A stretch of DNA of 59,197 nucleotides from positions 1 through 59,197 of IMG/VR virus record IMGVR_UViG_3300027985_000657; one strand, written 5' to 3'. A program made the translations under genes and the position numbers. The stretch is from a virus. Lineage: Duplodnaviria > Caudoviricetes. Positions within the stretch are counted from its first letter, which is position 1. Each line of letters opens with the position of its first letter. The notes beneath the pieces were generated by a model. The model was not told the DNA's origin. It made no database searches and saw only the letters and a program-made list of their open reading frames with translations. Positions 35,820 through 46,972 of this stretch are shown here, piece after piece.

Positions 35820-36589
35820 TATAACACCCACCATCTAGGTTTTAGTGAAGCACCAGAACCTCCAGTTATTGTAATTTGACTTGTTCCTGGATACAATTTA
35901 ATGAATCCATTTGTTGCACTTATTTTATTGTTAACATATTCTGTTGCTGTATATGCATCTTGTAATTCTGAATCAAGAATTATATCATCAACCAAAGTTT
36001 GATCATTAAGGGTAATGATTGTATTACCATTTGGATTTGTTATTTCAATTGTAGTAAATCCTCCTGAAATTACTATCTCTGGTAATGCAACATAATTTGT
36101 ATTGTTTACTATTTCATGTGGTAAACCATCTGCTGCTATTTCAATTGGTGTCTCACCACTTTTCAAAAATCGTTGTGGTTTACATTCAAATTTTAATGCA
36201 ATTGCGGTTGCTTTATCATAAAAATTCGGTAATTGCCCTCCCGCTCTATACATTGCTAGGCGAAAGTAATCAGGCTCATATGAATCTTCTAATCTTGCAT
36301 AACCATTTGCAGATGTTAACCAATCAACTAACTCACGAACTTTGGCTATAAATTCAGAAGCATTACCAAATACTGCTGCAATATTATACTGTCTTGCAAC
36401 ATTATTATATGAATTTTTGTCAATTATAATGTCACCATTTCGTCCTTGAATTTGTATTACATCCATCTTTTTTGTTGGAAATTCATAGACTGGAGGGGTC
36501 TGAATTACGACCCCTACAATCTTAGATTCATACAAATTATTAGGATCAGTATCAATGATGGTCACACCGTTAAATTTTAGGTTGCCCAT
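35819..36589 (-). CDS. Distal tail protein (Dit)
   Basis: GRNGD...YNN, WL....GY.RLEDSY.PD, F.CKPQRF, L.PG...PRWW. Confidence 0.85.
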   Translation of the reverse strand: MGNLKFNGVTIIDTDPNNLYESKIVGVVIQTPPVYEFPTKKMDVIQIQGRNGDIIIDKNSYNNVARQYNIAAVFGNASEFIAKVRELVDWLTSANGYARLEDSYEPDYFRLAMYRAGGQLPNFYDKATAIALKFECKPQRFLKSGETPIEIAADGLPHEIVNNTNYVALPEIVISGGFTTIEITNPNGNTIITLNDQTLVDDIILDSELQDAYTATEYVNNKISATNGFIKLYPGTSQITITGGSGASLKPRWWVL

Positions 36590-39500
36590 TTTGCTTTTCT
36601 CCTATCGATTTGAATTTGTAAAACTCTCGAAACTTCATCAGCAATTGCTTTTGGATCTGATCCAGTAATATTGAAAGTATTATTCATAACTTCCACCGGA
36701 GCATTTTCATCATTTGCATTTGCAACTTTCGAGTCTTTTGTTACTGTTTGTTTGCTGTTTATTTCATCTCTTGTCCGCTTTGCAAGATTATTTGATCCTG
36801 TAATGCTATAAGATTCCATATCATCCATCATACTATATAGTTGATCTTTTCCATTTTGAATTTCTGACAAATCTAATACTGGTCTTAATACAACCTCACC
36901 ATCAAAGTCAGATTCTAATGAACTATTTAAATCACTCAATACTTTAGATAATCCTGCTTTTTCGAAACCATCTGCTGTATCATCTGCCAATCCTTCGGCA
37001 GCATCTGCTGCCTTATCGGAATGGTCATCAATACCTTTTGCAAGACCTAGATCAAGATACATACCCATTTCTGCAAATACTCTAGATGGTGACTTGATTC
37101 CAAAAATATTTTTGAACCAATCAACAACATTTCCAGCTACAGTTTCAACTGCTTCTCTTATGTTTTCGCCACCAGTTTCAAGACCTTCTTTTAATCCGGC
37201 AATTAATTGACCACCGGCTGTTTTTACGTTGTTTACTTTTTCAGAGAAGTATCCAACAATATCAGATGCTCTTGCTTTAAGCCAGTCTCTAACTCCAGAT
37301 GTTTTTTCCCAAATATTTTTTGCGCCTTCTTTTAGCTTATTAAAAATATTTTCACCAGCGGTTTTTATACTTGATCCTATTCCAGAAAAGAATCCAGATA
37401 TATCATCTGCTCTGTTACTAAACCAGGTTTTTGTTGCTGACCAAACATTGTTTGCTCCATTTTTAATGTTGTTGACAAGATCTTTACCTTTTTGCCATGC
37501 ATCTTCAAAGAAGCCACCAATACTTTTCATTATATCCCCAGCCCATTTTCCAATATTAGTGGTTAAACCAGAAAGTCCATCCCACAAACCTTTCAATAAA
37601 CCGGCAATTAAATTCTTAGCTACTTCCATCATTTTTGTTGATGGTGAATTGATACCAAAGAATGATAATATAGCTTGCCAAATATTTTCACAGAATGTTA
37701 TTATAGCTTGACGTAATTCCGGTGCTCGTTCAACAATTGCTGTACCAAGACCATCTAATAAACCAATGATCAAATTAAATCCGGCATTTACCATAACAGG
37801 TATCATTGTTATTACTGCATTTACTGCACCATTTACAAGTGCGGTCATATAATTTGTTAGTTCAATCATTATTTCTGGTAATCTTGCTGTCAATCCTCTG
37901 ATCAAACCTAAGAATAAATCTACTAACTTATTTACTAACTCTGGAATATTTTCAATTAAAGTGTCTAACAATGTTAAAAGCATTGTCATCAATGTTGCTG
38001 TTACTTCTGGGAAAATATTTACAATGGCTTTCAATAGTTCTTGAAGCATTCCAATTAAAGATTCAATAATTGTCGGGAATATTTCTGCTATTTTTGTTAC
38101 AATTCCAACAAGCAAATTTCCAACAGTGTCAAGTAATACTGGAAATACTTCATTTATACCTTTAAGTAATTCTAAGATGAGTGTTTTTAAAGCTTCCACT
38201 ATTTTTGGTGTAACTTTAATAAATATATCGATTACTCCCTCAATTAATGCTAAAAGAGCTTTCATTATTAAAGGAGCTGCAATTACTATTGCTCCTGCAA
38301 TTGCCATTAAACCTGCTGCAAATACTGCTGCTCCAACTGTTGCTATACTAGCCAACATTGTAAGAGATACAACCAGTAAAAATACACCAACTGCAAACAC
38401 TGCGAATGTTGCTGCTAATGCAATTAATATCGGAATAAGAGGTTGTAATACCAAACCTGCTATGCCCAATATAACAAATACTGCCACAATTGCTAATAAT
38501 CCTTTACCTATTGTTGCTAATGGCAGTGATCCAAGTGCTAATAATGCAACACTAAATATCAATAAACCACCAGCTAATATTACAATAGATCCACTTAAAC
38601 TAAGTAATGTTAGACCACTAACTCCTGCTGAAGTCATTAATTTTGTCATAGTAAATACAATTCCTAATACAGCAACTATAGTCCCAAGACCAAATAAAAT
38701 ATTTTTCCAAGGTATTGAACCAATTAAAGAGATTGCTGAACCAAAAGCGGTTAATCCAATTGACATAACAACTAAAGACCACATCATACTAGTCATATTT
38801 TTTATTCTTGCTTTTGTCAACTTCTTGTCAAGAAGTAAATTAAGACCAATTAGCATTCCAAATACAGCCAATGTTTCACCAAGACCAATTAATATATTTG
38901 TCCATGGTAATCCACCTATTGTTGATAATGCTAATCCTACTGCTGTCAAACCAATAGCCATAGGAATAAGTGACCACATCATTCTTGTCAAATTTTCCAT
39001 TCTAGCCTTTGTTAATTTCTTTTCTAATAATTTATTAATACCTATGATCAATCCAAATATAACAGTAATTGTTCCTAGAGCAGTTGCAATATGCCCTATT
39101 TTCATGGATCCAATTACTTTTAATGGAATTAACATTAGATTTAATGCTATGGCAATATTCATCATACCAATAATAGGTCTTTGAGATTGATCTATCGCTT
39201 TTGAAAATCTAGAAAAACCAACCATAATTGCCATTATCGCTGCTATACCTATTAGACCTTTTATACCAGTTGTTGTATCAATACTACCAATGGTTTTTAA
39301 TGGTCTTGCTAATAATGCTATAGAAATAGCTGCTTTTACCATTGATTTTACTGCTTTGTTTGTTCCCTTTTCAGATTCCCCAACTAGTTTCATAACAGCA
39401 ACCATCATACCAAGCATAATTGCTAAAATTCCAAGACTATAAATCATTTTTTCTGGATTTATAGAACTAATTGTTTTTAATGCAAAGGCTAGTATCAACA

Positions 39501-42192
39501 CAGCTGCACCAATACCAATGAATGCTGTTCCAAGTTCTGCAAGATTCGATCTTGTTATTATCATGTCTTTTATAGAACCTTTTATTTGAACCATTGCCAT
39601 TTTTTTCATAATTAGCATTACACCAACCAAGAAGCCAACTAGAGCAGATAGAGCTATCATACTTTTAGTTAGAACTGCTGTATCCATTGCGCCTAGTATT
39701 AATAATGCACCAACCATCATAAGAATACTAACAGCCATTGTTTTGATTGCTTCCATATACTGTAACATTGCTTTTGAGTTAAGAAAATCAAACATACTGT
39801 CGAATGCATCTCTAAATACTTGTGTTACTGATCTAAGCATTTCTGCAAATCTAACTATACCAACTGCAACTACAGCCCAAAATCCAACTGTAAAAATTCT
39901 AGCCAGATTAAGATCACCATTACCTGTCATAAATATAGCTTTTAATTTATCACCAACCCATGTTAAAGCTTTACCTATCAATGCAAATAATGCACCTACT
40001 ACTGGTACAATAGCTTTGATAACACTCCATAGACCTGAGAATAAATCAGCTAACCCCTTAACAAATGTTTGAAGAGGGGTAAGTTTTTCAACTACCTGAT
40101 TAGGATAGTTATCAATATCTTCTGTATTCTTTTTAGAGAACGACAAGAAGAAATTTCTTATAAATTCAGTTACTTTTTTAAATGCACTTCCTATTGATAC
40201 AAATGCTTTCTTTAAGAAGTTTAAACCATTTTGAAATTTTTCATTATTCTTTGCCCACTCAATGAATGCTGTTCCAAGTTCTTTTATTTTAACAACAAAT
40301 AGAACAATTTTTCCAACAACCCAACCTAGTCCTCTTGCCAAACTATCAAATAATTTAGGCAAAATTGGAACTACGTATGTATTGAGTAAATTTCCAAGCC
40401 ATTTAAATGCTTTTGCAATTCCATATACAATAGCATACAGAACATTCAATGGTTTAATGGATTTTCCAGTTTCACCAACAGTTTCACTCAACGATTCCTT
40501 GAATGTATTAATGAATTTTGTTATACCATCAACCAAATGTAAACTTTTTACAAAGTCGATTATTGTATTGAAGAATGCTTGAAGATTTTTTGTAATCGCT
40601 TCAAAAACAGTTGTTTTTTCAGAAAAATCAGTAACTTTTTTGCCAAGAATACCAAGCATACCAAGTACATAAACTGCTAAACTTTTTAATACGTCAAATA
40701 CTGGATAAAATCCTTTAAATATTGCTATGACTGTTTTACCAATCATTTTTAATATTGAAAATAATCCAGTAAAAATATTTGTAAGCGAGCTTGTAGCTTC
40801 ACTTGATAAGAATAAACCACTAGTCCACTCTTTTAAATTTGATGTTAAATTCTTTAATTTTGTTGCAATGTCATTTATTCTAGCATCGTAATCTTCTAAA
40901 TCAGAGAATCCAAATACTTTAGACCATGCACCACCAATTAAATCTTTTATGGCAACAATTGCATCAAATAAATTCCAAAATGCACCTGTATTTTCTTCTG
41001 TATGTGCCCATAGATCATCTCTTCCAGCATTATCTGCCCAAATACCAAGTATGTCAATTTTAGTCCACATACCATCCATAAATACATCATATAATTCTCC
41101 AGCTAAGTCACTCCATAATACTTTTGCTTCTGCAACTTGACCAAAAATATTTTTGAATACATTCATCCATCCAGAAGATACAGCATCTTTTACTGCTACG
41201 ATTGCGTCTTTAAATGTTCTTGCTTCTTGTGCTGCCAAGAATGCCTTTAATTCAAAGTCATCTAAGTCATCGCCATATTTATCGATTGCTTCGGCTGCAG
41301 TATTTATGGAATCATCTTGTAATATATTTTCATATAGTTTATCTGCACCGGATGAATATTTTTCTAGTGTACTCATTAAAACATCTGATGTAAACCATAA
41401 TTCATCAAGTTCTGTTGTAAATTGATCTATACTGAAAGATTTTCCAGTAAGTGTTGTATACGTTCCATCAATGTTTTGTGTTAATTGTCCCATCGCAACT
41501 GCTGTTGCTAATGCCGTTTCTCTAAATTCTCTAGTGTCCATATTAGCATTCTGAATTGATTTCCAATCCATTAGTCTAATATAACCAGCACCCATAGCTT
41601 GTGATAGTTGATACATTGCTCTTGATGCTGTAGACGAGTTTTGACCAGCAAGTGCTGCCCAGTTTGCAATACCAATCATTGCTTGAGATGATTCTTCTAA
41701 CCCTTGTCCTGTTGCTGTAAATTTTGACATGTTATCGACCATATCAGTAAAGGAATAAGAGGTTTCATCAGAATACCAAGCAAGCTTTTCTAATATAGAT
41801 GTTATACTTTCTTGGTCAAATCCTTGGGCAAGAAGTGTAAATTCACTAATAGATGATTCTGCAAACTTACTCCAACCAGCAGCTATTTGATCGGTGCTTA
41901 GAGATTGCACCATCTGAATACCAAGGTCAATAATTCTATTTGTAATATTTGCTATTGCTGCTATTGCTGCTATTTCAAACGTTGTAAAACTATTTTTTGC
42001 ACTTAATATTGCACCAGATAGTCCACTGGTATTTATACCGCCTAATTCACCATTAATTTTATTAGCAGTTCCGGAGAAGTCCAGACTATTTTTAAGATCA
42101 TTAATGGTATTCATACTAGTTTTTACATTAGATTCAAATCGTTTGTTGTCAAATGACATTTCTACAACGCGTTCATCTACAAATCTACTCAT
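36577..42192 (-). CDS. Tape measure protein
   Basis: About 1870 aa, helical/hydrophobic repeats, two FGI.SPS motifs; start MSRFVDERVVEM. Confidence 0.92.
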   Translation of the reverse strand: MSRFVDERVVEMSFDNKRFESNVKTSMNTINDLKNSLDFSGTANKINGELGGINTSGLSGAILSAKNSFTTFEIAAIAAIANITNRIIDLGIQMVQSLSTDQIAAGWSKFAESSISEFTLLAQGFDQESITSILEKLAWYSDETSYSFTDMVDNMSKFTATGQGLEESSQAMIGIANWAALAGQNSSTASRAMYQLSQAMGAGYIRLMDWKSIQNANMDTREFRETALATAVAMGQLTQNIDGTYTTLTGKSFSIDQFTTELDELWFTSDVLMSTLEKYSSGADKLYENILQDDSINTAAEAIDKYGDDLDDFELKAFLAAQEARTFKDAIVAVKDAVSSGWMNVFKNIFGQVAEAKVLWSDLAGELYDVFMDGMWTKIDILGIWADNAGRDDLWAHTEENTGAFWNLFDAIVAIKDLIGGAWSKVFGFSDLEDYDARINDIATKLKNLTSNLKEWTSGLFLSSEATSSLTNIFTGLFSILKMIGKTVIAIFKGFYPVFDVLKSLAVYVLGMLGILGKKVTDFSEKTTVFEAITKNLQAFFNTIIDFVKSLHLVDGITKFINTFKESLSETVGETGKSIKPLNVLYAIVYGIAKAFKWLGNLLNTYVVPILPKLFDSLARGLGWVVGKIVLFVVKIKELGTAFIEWAKNNEKFQNGLNFLKKAFVSIGSAFKKVTEFIRNFFLSFSKKNTEDIDNYPNQVVEKLTPLQTFVKGLADLFSGLWSVIKAIVPVVGALFALIGKALTWVGDKLKAIFMTGNGDLNLARIFTVGFWAVVAVGIVRFAEMLRSVTQVFRDAFDSMFDFLNSKAMLQYMEAIKTMAVSILMMVGALLILGAMDTAVLTKSMIALSALVGFLVGVMLIMKKMAMVQIKGSIKDMIITRSNLAELGTAFIGIGAAVLILAFALKTISSINPEKMIYSLGILAIMLGMMVAVMKLVGESEKGTNKAVKSMVKAAISIALLARPLKTIGSIDTTTGIKGLIGIAAIMAIMVGFSRFSKAIDQSQRPIIGMMNIAIALNLMLIPLKVIGSMKIGHIATALGTITVIFGLIIGINKLLEKKLTKARMENLTRMMWSLIPMAIGLTAVGLALSTIGGLPWTNILIGLGETLAVFGMLIGLNLLLDKKLTKARIKNMTSMMWSLVVMSIGLTAFGSAISLIGSIPWKNILFGLGTIVAVLGIVFTMTKLMTSAGVSGLTLLSLSGSIVILAGGLLIFSVALLALGSLPLATIGKGLLAIVAVFVILGIAGLVLQPLIPILIALAATFAVFAVGVFLLVVSLTMLASIATVGAAVFAAGLMAIAGAIVIAAPLIMKALLALIEGVIDIFIKVTPKIVEALKTLILELLKGINEVFPVLLDTVGNLLVGIVTKIAEIFPTIIESLIGMLQELLKAIVNIFPEVTATLMTMLLTLLDTLIENIPELVNKLVDLFLGLIRGLTARLPEIMIELTNYMTALVNGAVNAVITMIPVMVNAGFNLIIGLLDGLGTAIVERAPELRQAIITFCENIWQAILSFFGINSPSTKMMEVAKNLIAGLLKGLWDGLSGLTTNIGKWAGDIMKSIGGFFEDAWQKGKDLVNNIKNGANNVWSATKTWFSNRADDISGFFSGIGSSIKTAGENIFNKLKEGAKNIWEKTSGVRDWLKARASDIVGYFSEKVNNVKTAGGQLIAGLKEGLETGGENIREAVETVAGNVVDWFKNIFGIKSPSRVFAEMGMYLDLGLAKGIDDHSDKAADAAEGLADDTADGFEKAGLSKVLSDLNSSLESDFDGEVVLRPVLDLSEIQNGKDQLYSMMDDMESYSITGSNNLAKRTRDEINSKQTVTKDSKVANANDENAPVEVMNNTFNITGSDPKAIADEVSRVLQIQIDRRKAKWAT

Positions 42193-42566
42193 AGTCTTTT
42201 CAACTCCTTCCACGCATCATTTAAAATCTGATTATATGCATCTTGTGTAGCTTGTCCAACAAAATGTTTTCCTTCAACCCAAGATCCACTTGCCGTTGCA
42301 TGACCAAATTCAAGTAATAGTACAATTTTAGTACCATTTTGAATATTAGTGTTGTATATATTTAATACATTTTTATTCTTTGTTTCAGTTATTTCATAGC
42401 CCCATGATTCTGCAGTTATTCCAGAATCTTTTGGAGTTACTTCTATTAAACGCTCTATGCAGGCGTCTGCAAATTGCGAAATTTTCTTAAATTTAGTTAT
42501 TTTTATGGACTTCTTAAAAAAATTATCGGTCCTATCCCAATTGCCTTTGCTTTTTATTTTCAACAT
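42189..42566 (-). CDS. HK97 gp10-like tail completion protein
   Basis: TPKDSG.TA.SW...LEFGH. Confidence 0.75.
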   Translation of the reverse strand: MLKIKSKGNWDRTDNFFKKSIKITKFKKISQFADACIERLIEVTPKDSGITAESWGYEITETKNKNVLNIYNTNIQNGTKIVLLLEFGHATASGSWVEGKHFVGQATQDAYNQILNDAWKELKRL

Positions 42567-42591
42567 ATCGCGAAGTCCCCTTTACTATTTT

Positions 42592-43167
42592 TTATCCAGA
42601 AGTTCCAAGTGCCTTCTTTCTTGCTGCATTTATTTGTGCTCTATTTGTTAATGCTGCTGCTGAAGGCTTTTTAGAAGGCTTTTTATTTGCTTCTTTTGCC
42701 TTAATATTACAAACCTTTATTAGTGTTAGCAATCTATTTAGATGCCATTTTTGAGCTTCAAATGGTATTTCTAAAGCTATCATCCAATAGTATATTAATT
42801 CGCTTGTAATAATCTCTTTTTTCTTTGGAGCACCTTTTTTTTCAGCTGGTTCACTGAACCATGTCGCTGTCATCTTGTTTTCAACATATTCACTTACATG
42901 TTTTAAATTGTCTTTTGTTAAAACAAGGTAAACATTTGGGTCTACGTTTTGTGTTAGTGTCATATGTCTAACATAATCAATTGTTTGTTCATTTGTTTTT
43001 TTGTCATCACCAATAAATGGTATATGCCATTTTGCTTCCCACTTTGAAATAGAGACTAGGGAATGCTCTAATGCCAAAACAGTTTCTTTAGTGCTGACAA
43101 ATTCACCATTGCCATCATTTTTTCTGGCATCCCACAATTTTCCTGCAGGTACGGTTATTATAAGCAT
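42592..43167 (-). CDS. Tail assembly chaperone-like protein
   Basis: LEHSLVSISKWE...TSELIYYWM...WHLNRLL; located between MTP and TMP. Confidence 0.7.
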   Translation of the reverse strand: MLIITVPAGKLWDARKNDGNGEFVSTKETVLALEHSLVSISKWEAKWHIPFIGDDKKTNEQTIDYVRHMTLTQNVDPNVYLVLTKDNLKHVSEYVENKMTATWFSEPAEKKGAPKKKEIITSELIYYWMIALEIPFEAQKWHLNRLLTLIKVCNIKAKEANKKPSKKPSAAALTNRAQINAARKKALGTSG

Positions 43168-43197
43168 TCCCTTATTCTCCTTTTTTTATTTAAAAAT

Positions 43198-43584
43198 TTA
43201 TTTAGCTGCAGCAGCTGGTTTCTTTTCTACTTGAGGAATGATTCCATTTACGAATGCAGATGCTGCATCAGCATCGGATGCCAATTCCATGAATAAATCA
43301 GAATATACTTCTGTTTGAGCAAATTCTTCTCTTAGTTGATCATTTTTGATGAATCGTTTTCCATCATCAGAAACGACACCATAAGATTTCAGAATCAAAT
43401 CTTTGAATAGAGAAATAATTTGAGCTCCGTCTTGTGCAGATACGATTTTCTTAATGTGTTCTGAAAGACCACCACTATGGCTAAGTTCCATTTCGGCAAC
43501 TTCAGCCTTTGTCAAATTGAAATATAAATCTTCTGTTCTTTTTACACCTTTATAATCAGTGTAAGTCATTGTCTTTTGTAACAT
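43198..43584 (-). CDS. Tail assembly chaperone
   Basis: Directly after the major tail gene; YTDY.G..R.E..YFNL motif. Confidence 0.7.
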   Translation of the reverse strand: MLQKTMTYTDYKGVKRTEDLYFNLTKAEVAEMELSHSGGLSEHIKKIVSAQDGAQIISLFKDLILKSYGVVSDDGKRFIKNDQLREEFAQTEVYSDLFMELASDADAASAFVNGIIPQVEKKPAAAAK

Positions 43585-43632
43585 TTTCTTAGTTCTCCTT
43601 AGTTTTTTTTTAGATTTTTTGTTAAAAAAAAT

Positions 43633-43665
43633 AAAAGGGACTGCAATATCTTAACAGCCCCTCTT
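43633..43665 (-). terminator. Terminator after the major tail gene
   Basis: GGGGCTG...CAGTCCC followed by a T-tract on the minus strand. Confidence 0.65.
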
Positions 43666-43699
43666 ATCTTATACATTAAAATAGATTTTTAGGTAAATC

Positions 43700-44368
43700 T
43701 TATACTGCTTCAAGAATTGCAATGATTTCAGATGGCATCAACAGAGTAGGCTCTGCGTCTGGTTCATCTGTACCATACAATGATGCTTCAATCAATGCCA
43801 ACTTAGCAGCATCGACTTTTGTTGAGTCAATCTCAATTGAAGCTGTAGGTTTGAACCCATTGACATCAACTGGAGTAGTTGTAACATCCCAGCTGAATGT
43901 CATTGCTTCTGGACTGTCATTAACAGTGTCGTGTGATTTCTCACTTGGACCTGCTAAACAGCCATAGATAATGTGAATCTTGTAACCAAGATCCGGATTT
44001 TGGTCATTACCAATCTTAGATTGGTAAACCAATGCAAATGTCTTACGTGATTGTTGACCGATGAAAACACCAGATCCAGCTCCACCAATTTCTGCAGTTC
44101 CATCGCATTCAGCGAATTCATCTGGATATGTGTAAGCTTCAATTGATGCTTCAAGTTCTTCAACGGACATAAGGCTCAAGTACTTGATGTTGTCCGCATA
44201 GATTGCAGATGCTTCTGCACCAGTAGGACTTTGTGTAACATTAGTCAAACCATTCCAAACGACACCATTTCCGTATACGCCTGGGGTTGCACTCATAGGA
44301 AATAAAACGCCTTTAGAAACGCCTGTTTCAAAGTATTTTTCTCCGGATTTATCCCATTGTAGTTTCAT
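43700..44368 (-). CDS. Major tail protein (phi13-like)
   Basis: ETGV..GV, WNGL..V..SP.G, YADNIKY, EAYTYP, T.NDSPE...FSW. Confidence 0.88.
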   Translation of the reverse strand: MKLQWDKSGEKYFETGVSKGVLFPMSATPGVYGNGVVWNGLTNVTQSPTGAEASAIYADNIKYLSLMSVEELEASIEAYTYPDEFAECDGTAEIGGAGSGVFIGQQSRKTFALVYQSKIGNDQNPDLGYKIHIIYGCLAGPSEKSHDTVNDSPEAMTFSWDVTTTPVDVNGFKPTASIEIDSTKVDAAKLALIEASLYGTDEPDAEPTLLMPSEIIAILEAV

Positions 44369-44389
44369 ATGTTATTTCTCCTTATATTT

Positions 44390-44707
44390 TTATTTGTTAA
44401 AAGCTACTGTGAATTGATCATGGTTCAATCCATTCGCTGCATAATGACGATCAAATACAGCATATTTAAATTGAGCCATTTTTTCTACAATTTCACTGTC
44501 TGGTTTTTTGTCAATAACAGTTACGTTGTATATTACTTTCTGATTGTATATTTCATCACTAGCATGTACATTATCAATGTCCACTCTAGAATATACTATT
44601 GCAGGGTAAGTCATTTTTATTGACTCAGGGGGTTGAAAATAGACGTATCGAGATCCAAGGATTGCACAAAGCTCCTCATGCAGTATAAGCCTGCCGGCAT
44701 TAATCAT
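44390..44707 (-). CDS. Tail terminator / tail completion protein
   Basis: VYFQPP....YPAIVY; position before MTP. Confidence 0.75.
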   Translation of the reverse strand: MINAGRLILHEELCAILGSRYVYFQPPESIKMTYPAIVYSRVDIDNVHASDEIYNQKVIYNVTVIDKKPDSEIVEKMAQFKYAVFDRHYAANGLNHDQFTVAFNK

Positions 44708-45017
44708 TATACACACCCCCTAAAGTCAATACTAGTCGAGGGAACTCAACAGCTACACTAGTAACTTTCCATCGAGTTCCCCTATAGCTAGCATATTTAA
44801 TTAGAGGAAAATTTTCGTTTGCGTACGAATCTGCCAAAAAACTTATGATCATATTAATCGAAATGTTATCATTAACATTTTCGGTTTTTTCTGTTCGTAG
44901 TGTATCCTTGTAAATATCCCCAAATACTTGTTTCTCAACATTTGTTGATTCCCATACTCCAGGACTAGTCTCCACTGTCTGCTCGCCAAACCCAATTACG
45001 CCACTATATTTTCCCAT
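44700..45017 (-). CDS. Head-tail adaptor/stopper
   Basis: E..PGVW...W.V..V....PRL.L..GG; follows the capsid gene. Confidence 0.7.
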   Translation of the reverse strand: MGKYSGVIGFGEQTVETSPGVWESTNVEKQVFGDIYKDTLRTEKTENVNDNISINMIISFLADSYANENFPLIKYASYRGTRWKVTSVAVEFPRLVLTLGGVYND

Positions 45018-45043
45018 TTTGATTAAATCCTAATTAGTTAGGA

Positions 45044-46972
45044 TTAACCAGCGACTACAGCGCCTTTGTTTTCGAAGACGATTGCACTGTATGGTTTCTT
45101 CAATGCGCCAGAGCAACGAGTTTCGATTAGATACTCATATTTGTTGAAGTTCAAGTCGAAGTCATCGAACATTGATACTTCTCCGCCTCTGTCTGCACCG
45201 ACTGCATAGTCAGTAAGGTTGACAAGGATACCAATCAAATCAAATTGATCATCACCTACAACACGATTAACACCTTCCATTACTGGAACAGTTACGATAT
45301 TGCTGACGCGAAGTGCTGTTTGAAGTTTAACAACCGTGTCATAGATTACTCTACCGTTTGTATCTTCAAGAAGCAACATTTCAACTAATTGGTCTTCAGT
45401 CGTATATAGTACAGGGTTTCCAGAACCTTTGTACAATTTGCGAGATCTTACGATATCTTGGATGAAAGCTTTTGCCTTTTGAGCAGCAGTTGCATCCGCA
45501 GCTGGAGTAAGAGTTCTTACGATTGTGTAAACAGGGTCATCCCCGTAAACTGGACGAATGTTAAGAGGGTTGATTTTGTCAGTGCTCGCACCAGAACGTC
45601 CATCACCGATCAAGAATGCGCGAGCCAATTCCTCGTTAAGCATTACTCTCATTTCGGCTTTCATGTAAACGACTACATCGAAATCAGTGATATCGATTAC
45701 ATCGTCACGGTCGATTTTTTGTAATTTGTATACAGTTGTAGGTGTAGTCACACGTTTCAAAGCGGTGATAACTTCTTCAACTTTTTGAGCACCCTTAACA
45801 TAACCTTTTGCTCTTGCTTCATCAGCGGTAATGTTGGTTGCTGTAGATTTAATTCTTGAGAATGGTGATCTTGAAACAGCTGCCATAACACCGGCAACCC
45901 ATTCCATATCTCTGGAGATTTGTTCAGGACCTCCAACAGCTTGTGCTTCAGGGAATAATGTATCAATGTCAGTGATACCATGGGCCAAGAATGCGTCTTT
46001 CAACGATCCGCTTTTCTTAGCGTCTTTTACAGCTTCTTCAAATTCTGCGTGCGTAAGAACTTTGTCTTCGCCGGTTTCAAGGTCTTTGCCTTCAAATGCG
46101 TTTTGTTTCATAGTATTTTCTCCTTCTTGTTGTGCTGCGGCTACTAGCGCATACACCATTAATTTTTGTTCTTCATTTAGTGTATCGAATACTTCTTGGA
46201 CAGTTTTATCCATCTTTGGTTCCTCCTTGGAATGTTTAAACTCTACACCATTAATAGTCTTAATATTTTCTTTTGTAATATCAGCACTATGAAGTAATTG
46301 TGAAATTGCCTCTTCTTCTGATGTAGCCTCATGTGTTTGAGTTGTTTCTTGACCGTCTTGACCAGTAAATACAAATAAGAATTGCTCCTTATGTTCTACA
46401 TCGTCTTTATTTTCCGGGTCTTTGTTTTCAGGATCTTGATTTTCCGGATCTTTGTTTTCAGGATCTTGATTTTCCGGATTTGGATTTTCCGGATTTGGAT
46501 TTGGATCTGAGTCAGAATGTTCTAACTCAATTTCACCATTATTCCAAATGACAGCTTCTTCTTTGGATGCTTCACCATGTACTAACACTGCTTCAATGTA
46601 TGCCCCAGGATTTGCACCCGCAAGGACAAGGCTAACCTCTCTGATATTACCGTGAATAACATCTTTGTTGTTTTCCTTTAATTGATTAGCGTAGATGGAT
46701 AATGCAGTAATATCACCATTGTGTACCAATTCTTTAGCATTTTGGCCTTGACTGGTGTTGTTGAATTTACCATATGCATATACCCCTTCTTTTCGATACT
46801 CTAATAGTGCATGACCTAGCACATTGTCAGCATCTGTATGATTATGGTTCCAAACCAAAGGAACTGTCTGATTGTTGTTGTGTTGGAAAGCGCCCTCTTT
46901 AATAGTTCGTCCATCACTACATTTCACGTTGTGACGTGTAGCCCAACCTTTAAAGTCCCATGTTTTATCCAT
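45044..46972 (-). CDS. Prohead protease - major capsid protein fusion (HK97 fold)
   Basis: N-terminal HK97-type protease (PLVWNH, LSIYA, EVSLVLAGANPGA), acidic linker, C-terminal capsid domain (EELARAFLIGDG, ETRCSGAL); start MDKTWDF. Confidence 0.9.
   Translation of the reverse strand: MDKTWDFKGWATRHNVKCSDGRTIKEGAFQHNNNQTVPLVWNHNHTDADNVLGHALLEYRKEGVYAYGKFNNTSQGQNAKELVHNGDITALSIYANQLKENNKDVIHGNIREVSLVLAGANPGAYIEAVLVHGEASKEEAVIWNNGEIELEHSDSDPNPNPENPNPENQDPENKDPENQDPENKDPENKDDVEHKEQFLFVFTGQDGQETTQTHEATSEEEAISQLLHSADITKENIKTINGVEFKHSKEEPKMDKTVQEVFDTLNEEQKLMVYALVAAAQQEGENTMKQNAFEGKDLETGEDKVLTHAEFEEAVKDAKKSGSLKDAFLAHGITDIDTLFPEAQAVGGPEQISRDMEWVAGVMAAVSRSPFSRIKSTATNITADEARAKGYVKGAQKVEEVITALKRVTTPTTVYKLQKIDRDDVIDITDFDVVVYMKAEMRVMLNEELARAFLIGDGRSGASTDKINPLNIRPVYGDDPVYTIVRTLTPAADATAAQKAKAFIQDIVRSRKLYKGSGNPVLYTTEDQLVEMLLLEDTNGRVIYDTVVKLQTALRVSNIVTVPVMEGVNRVVGDDQFDLIGILVNLTDYAVGADRGGEVSMFDDFDLNFNKYEYLIETRCSGALKKPYSAIVFENKGAVVAG
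46405..46507 (-). repeat. Coding tandem repeats (PENQD/PENKD) in the capsid precursor linker
   Basis: 15/30-bp periodic repeats encoding NPNPENPNPENQDPENKDPENQDPENKDPENKD. Confidence 0.85.

Noticed and set aside
37229-41425. Long + strand ORFs (e.g. 38126-39184, 352 aa) opposite the tape measure gene
   Set aside because: Antisense shadows of a codon-biased gene, with no RBS or motifs. The same applies to the other + strand ORFs in the track.
43168-43230. Programmed frameshift between the tail chaperone genes
   Set aside because: The second ORF has its own AAGGAGAA RBS and start, and no convincing slippery heptamer lies before the first stop.
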